Shown: positions 61,536 to 64,000 of the stretch, piece by piece
How positions within the stretch are numbered: position 1 is the stretch's first letter
Layout: each line of letters begins with the position of its first letter
DNA from: an uncultured delta proteobacterium
GTDB taxonomy: Bacteria; Desulfobacterota; Binatia; JACPRU01
Length of the DNA: 64,000 nucleotides
Assembly (NCBI GenBank): GCA_963745025.1
Contig: CAVUWD010000016.1
Coordinates: forward strand, 704,001-768,000
Direction: 5' to 3'
The notes under the pieces: generated by a model
Seen by the model: only the letters and a program-made list of their open reading frames with translations
Told to the model about the DNA's origin: nothing
Database searches by the model: none
Program-made: the position numbers and the translations under genes

Positions 61536-63150
61536 CGGCGAAGAGCTCGTCCTGCAGGCCGCGAAGTGTCGGCGGCAGTTCGTCGATCACGTCCGAGGCC
61601 AAGAGCCCGGCCTCGCCATGACGACTCGCCACCCGATCCGCCGCCGCCCCGTGCCAGAACACGCCGACTTCGGCCGCTTCGGTAGCCTCGAGCCCCTGTG
61701 CGAGGAGTGACCCGATCATGCCTGCCAGGGCGTCTCCCATCCCGCCGCTCGCCATGCCCGGATTGCCGGTCGGATTGATCGCGACCACGCCGCCGGGATC
61801 GGCGACGACGGTGCGCGCGCCCTTGAGGACGACGGTGACACCGTAATCGACGGCCAGCCGACGAGCGGCATCGACTCGATCTGCCTGCACATCGCCAGTC
61901 GAGCAAGCCAATAGCCGCGCCATTTCCCCTGGATGGGGAGTCAGCACGAGCGGGCAGCGGTGCTTTTTCAGCCAACCGATCTGCCCGGCGAGGCAGTTGA
62001 GACCGTCCGCGTCGATGACCAGCGGAAGCGGCGATGAGGCGATCAGCCATTCGCTGAGCGCCCGGGTCGCGGGCGTGACGCCGATTCCCGGGCCGAACAC
62101 CAGCGCATCCTTACCGTCGAACAGACGCAGGAGTCGCGGCGTATCGTTGTTGGCGAACCGCCAGCCGCCCTCGTGATCCGGCAGCGGCTCGGTCATCAGC
62201 TCCGGGGTCTGTGCGAGATGCCCGCCGAGCGCCGGGGTCGGCGAGGCAATCGTCGCCAGGCCGGAGCCCGCCCGCAGCGCTGCCCGTCCGCAAAGCAAAG
62301 CTGCCCCACTTTTGCCGAGCGACCCGGCGAGCACGAGCACGTGGCCGTAGATTCCCTTGTGGCTGTCGGGAGAGCGTCGCGGCAGCGCCGAGCCGACGCG
62401 TGCGGAGGTGAGCACTCGTTGGCGCGGCGCGACCTCGTGGAGCGTCTCGGCCGGGATGCCGATGTCGGCCACGACGACTTCGCCGGCGAACTCGGCTCCC
62501 GGATGCACGATCAAGCCGACCTTCGGATACGCGAACGTGACCGTCACCGTGGCCTGCACGCTCGCACCGAGGGGCAGGCCTCGATCCGCATCGAGGCCGG
62601 ACGGTACGTCGACTGCCAGGATCGGCGCGGGCGCGGCGTTCAGCGCTTCGACGATCGCCTGCGAGCGCTCATCGAGCGTCCCACGGAGGCCCGTGCCGAA
62701 GAGCCCGTCGACGATGACGCCCGCCCGGGACGCTCGTTCGGCCAGCGTGATCAGGCCGCCCTGCGCGATCTCCCGGATCGGACCGCGCATCCGCTTCCAG
62801 CGAAGCAGGTTCGTGCGCGCATCGCCCGCAACCTCCGACTCGCGCGCAACGAGAATGACCTCGACCGGGACGCGGCGGCGGCGGAGGTGGCGCGCGATGA
62901 CGAACGCGTCGCCTCCGTTGTTTCCCTTGCCGGCGACCACCAGCACTCCCCGGCGAAGCTCACGCCGGAAGCGCCGCCGCAGGACGTCTGCGGCGAGCCC
63001 GCCGGCGCGCTCCATCAGCGTCTCGCCCGGCGTGCCCCGCGCGATGGTATCCGCGTCCATGCGCCGCATCTCGTCGCGGGTCACGACGAACACTCGGCCT
63101 CGCTCGTCGAGCGGGGCCGACACCGCGCCGCGGCGATCGGCTCGCTTCAC
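61519..63150 (-). CDS. nnr: Bifunctional NAD(P)HX epimerase/dehydratase
   Basis: LMERAG, GKGNNGGD, DVPSG, HKG.YG, LTPHPGE, GGMGDAL. Confidence 0.93.
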   Translation of the reverse strand: MKRADRRGAVSAPLDERGRVFVVTRDEMRRMDADTIARGTPGETLMERAGGLAADVLRRRFRRELRRGVLVVAGKGNNGGDAFVIARHLRRRRVPVEVILVARESEVAGDARTNLLRWKRMRGPIREIAQGGLITLAERASRAGVIVDGLFGTGLRGTLDERSQAIVEALNAAPAPILAVDVPSGLDADRGLPLGASVQATVTVTFAYPKVGLIVHPGAEFAGEVVVADIGIPAETLHEVAPRQRVLTSARVGSALPRRSPDSHKGIYGHVLVLAGSLGKSGAALLCGRAALRAGSGLATIASPTPALGGHLAQTPELMTEPLPDHEGGWRFANNDTPRLLRLFDGKDALVFGPGIGVTPATRALSEWLIASSPLPLVIDADGLNCLAGQIGWLKKHRCPLVLTPHPGEMARLLACSTGDVQADRVDAARRLAVDYGVTVVLKGARTVVADPGGVVAINPTGNPGMASGGMGDALAGMIGSLLAQGLEATEAAEVGVFWHGAAADRVASRHGEAGLLASDVIDELPPTLRGLQDELFADAPRD

Positions 63151-63889
63151 GGGCGCCTTCGCGCCTGATCGAGGCTCGCGCGCATCTCGCGAACGGCCGC
63201 TTCCATGCCGATCAGGACGGCCCGGGAGACGATCCAGTGGCCGATGTTGAGCTCGTGCATCTCGGGGATGGCGGCGATCGGCTTCACGTTGTCGAGCCGG
63301 AGACCGTGACCGGCGTTCACCGTCAGGCCGCAGTCGAATGCGTGACGAGCGCCGGCGCTGAGCCGAGCCAACTCTCCTTGTAGTCGATACGGATCGCGCG
63401 CTTCGGCATATGCTCCGGTGTGGAGCTCCACGACATCCGCGCCGGTCTCCCGGGCGGCGTCGATCTGGCGCGGATCGGGATCGATGAACAGGCTCACGCG
63501 AATCTGCGCCGCTCGCAGCATCTGCACGACGTCACGAAGGGCGTCCTTCTGTGCCGAAACGTCGAGGCCGCCCTCCGTGGTCAGCTCCGCACGGCGCTCG
63601 GGGACGATGCACACGTCCTGCGGCCGGAGCTGGAGCGCCTTGCTGCGACATCTCCGCCGTCGCCGCCATTTCTAGATTTAGCTTCGTCGCGACGGCCGCC
63701 CGCAGCCGCTCGACGTCGCGATCGTTGATGTGGCGGCGGTCTTCCCGCAGGTGCGCGGTGATGCCGTCCGCGCCACCTCGCTCCGCGAATCGAGCCGCCT
63801 CGACCGGGTCCGGGTAGGACGCGCGCCGCGCCTGCCGCACCGTCGCCACGTGATCGACATTGACACCGAGCAGAACCCGGAGCTGGCAC
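63147..63889 (-). CDS. pdxJ: Pyridoxine 5'-phosphate synthase (frameshifted)
   Basis: [44 protein letters not shown]. Confidence 0.93.
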
Positions 63890-63891
63890 CG

Positions 63892-64000
63892 CTAGTCCAC
63901 CCCGACTTCCGATCGAAACGCCGAGACGATGTCCTCGGCGAGCCGCCGGATCTGGTCCGTGTTCTCGCCCTCGATCATGACGCGAGCGAGCGTCTCGGTA
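63892..64000 (-). CDS. glmM: Phosphoglucosamine mutase, 3' end (runs off the right edge)
   Basis: TETLARVMIEGE motif and the usual glmM-pdxJ gene order. Confidence 0.7.
   Translation of the reverse strand, partial: TETLARVMIEGENTDQIRRLAEDIVSAFRSEVGVD

Overview
A GC-rich bacterial chromosomal segment. The gene content (DUF1302 barrel, CaiB, divergent H+-PPase, glmM-pdxJ-nnr-tsaE-lysC-cimA run) fits a Binatia/Myxococcota-like lineage, but that placement is inference only. Most of the window is housekeeping or metabolic: tandem CoA-transferases with an OYE flavoenzyme and ETF, glgX/glgB, a sulfite/nitrite reductase, hppA, an isolated nuoB-F-G block, efp, guaB-guaA-dnaE, an arn-like cluster, era-der-ampG, an ABC exporter, peptidases, and rnc-mnmA-cysE-cimA-lysC-tsaE-nnr-pdxJ-glmM. 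Many conserved genes are frameshifted, most likely from long-read or consensus errors. The most interesting signals are intergenic: (1) eight copies of an inverted heptamer-array element, (GGCTACC)n...(GGTAGCC)n; (2) four copies of a MITE/REPIN-like multi-hairpin element carrying six exact copies of a 20-mer core with co-varying stems; (3) a candidate attenuator with a leader ORF before guaB; (4) a degenerate tRNA-Arg between two TA-like modules; (5) an OB-fold-like gene missed by the ORF track that appears to start at CTG; (6) several genes reduced to short deletion scars, three of them next to heptamer elements. All product calls come from motif recognition; no database search was run.
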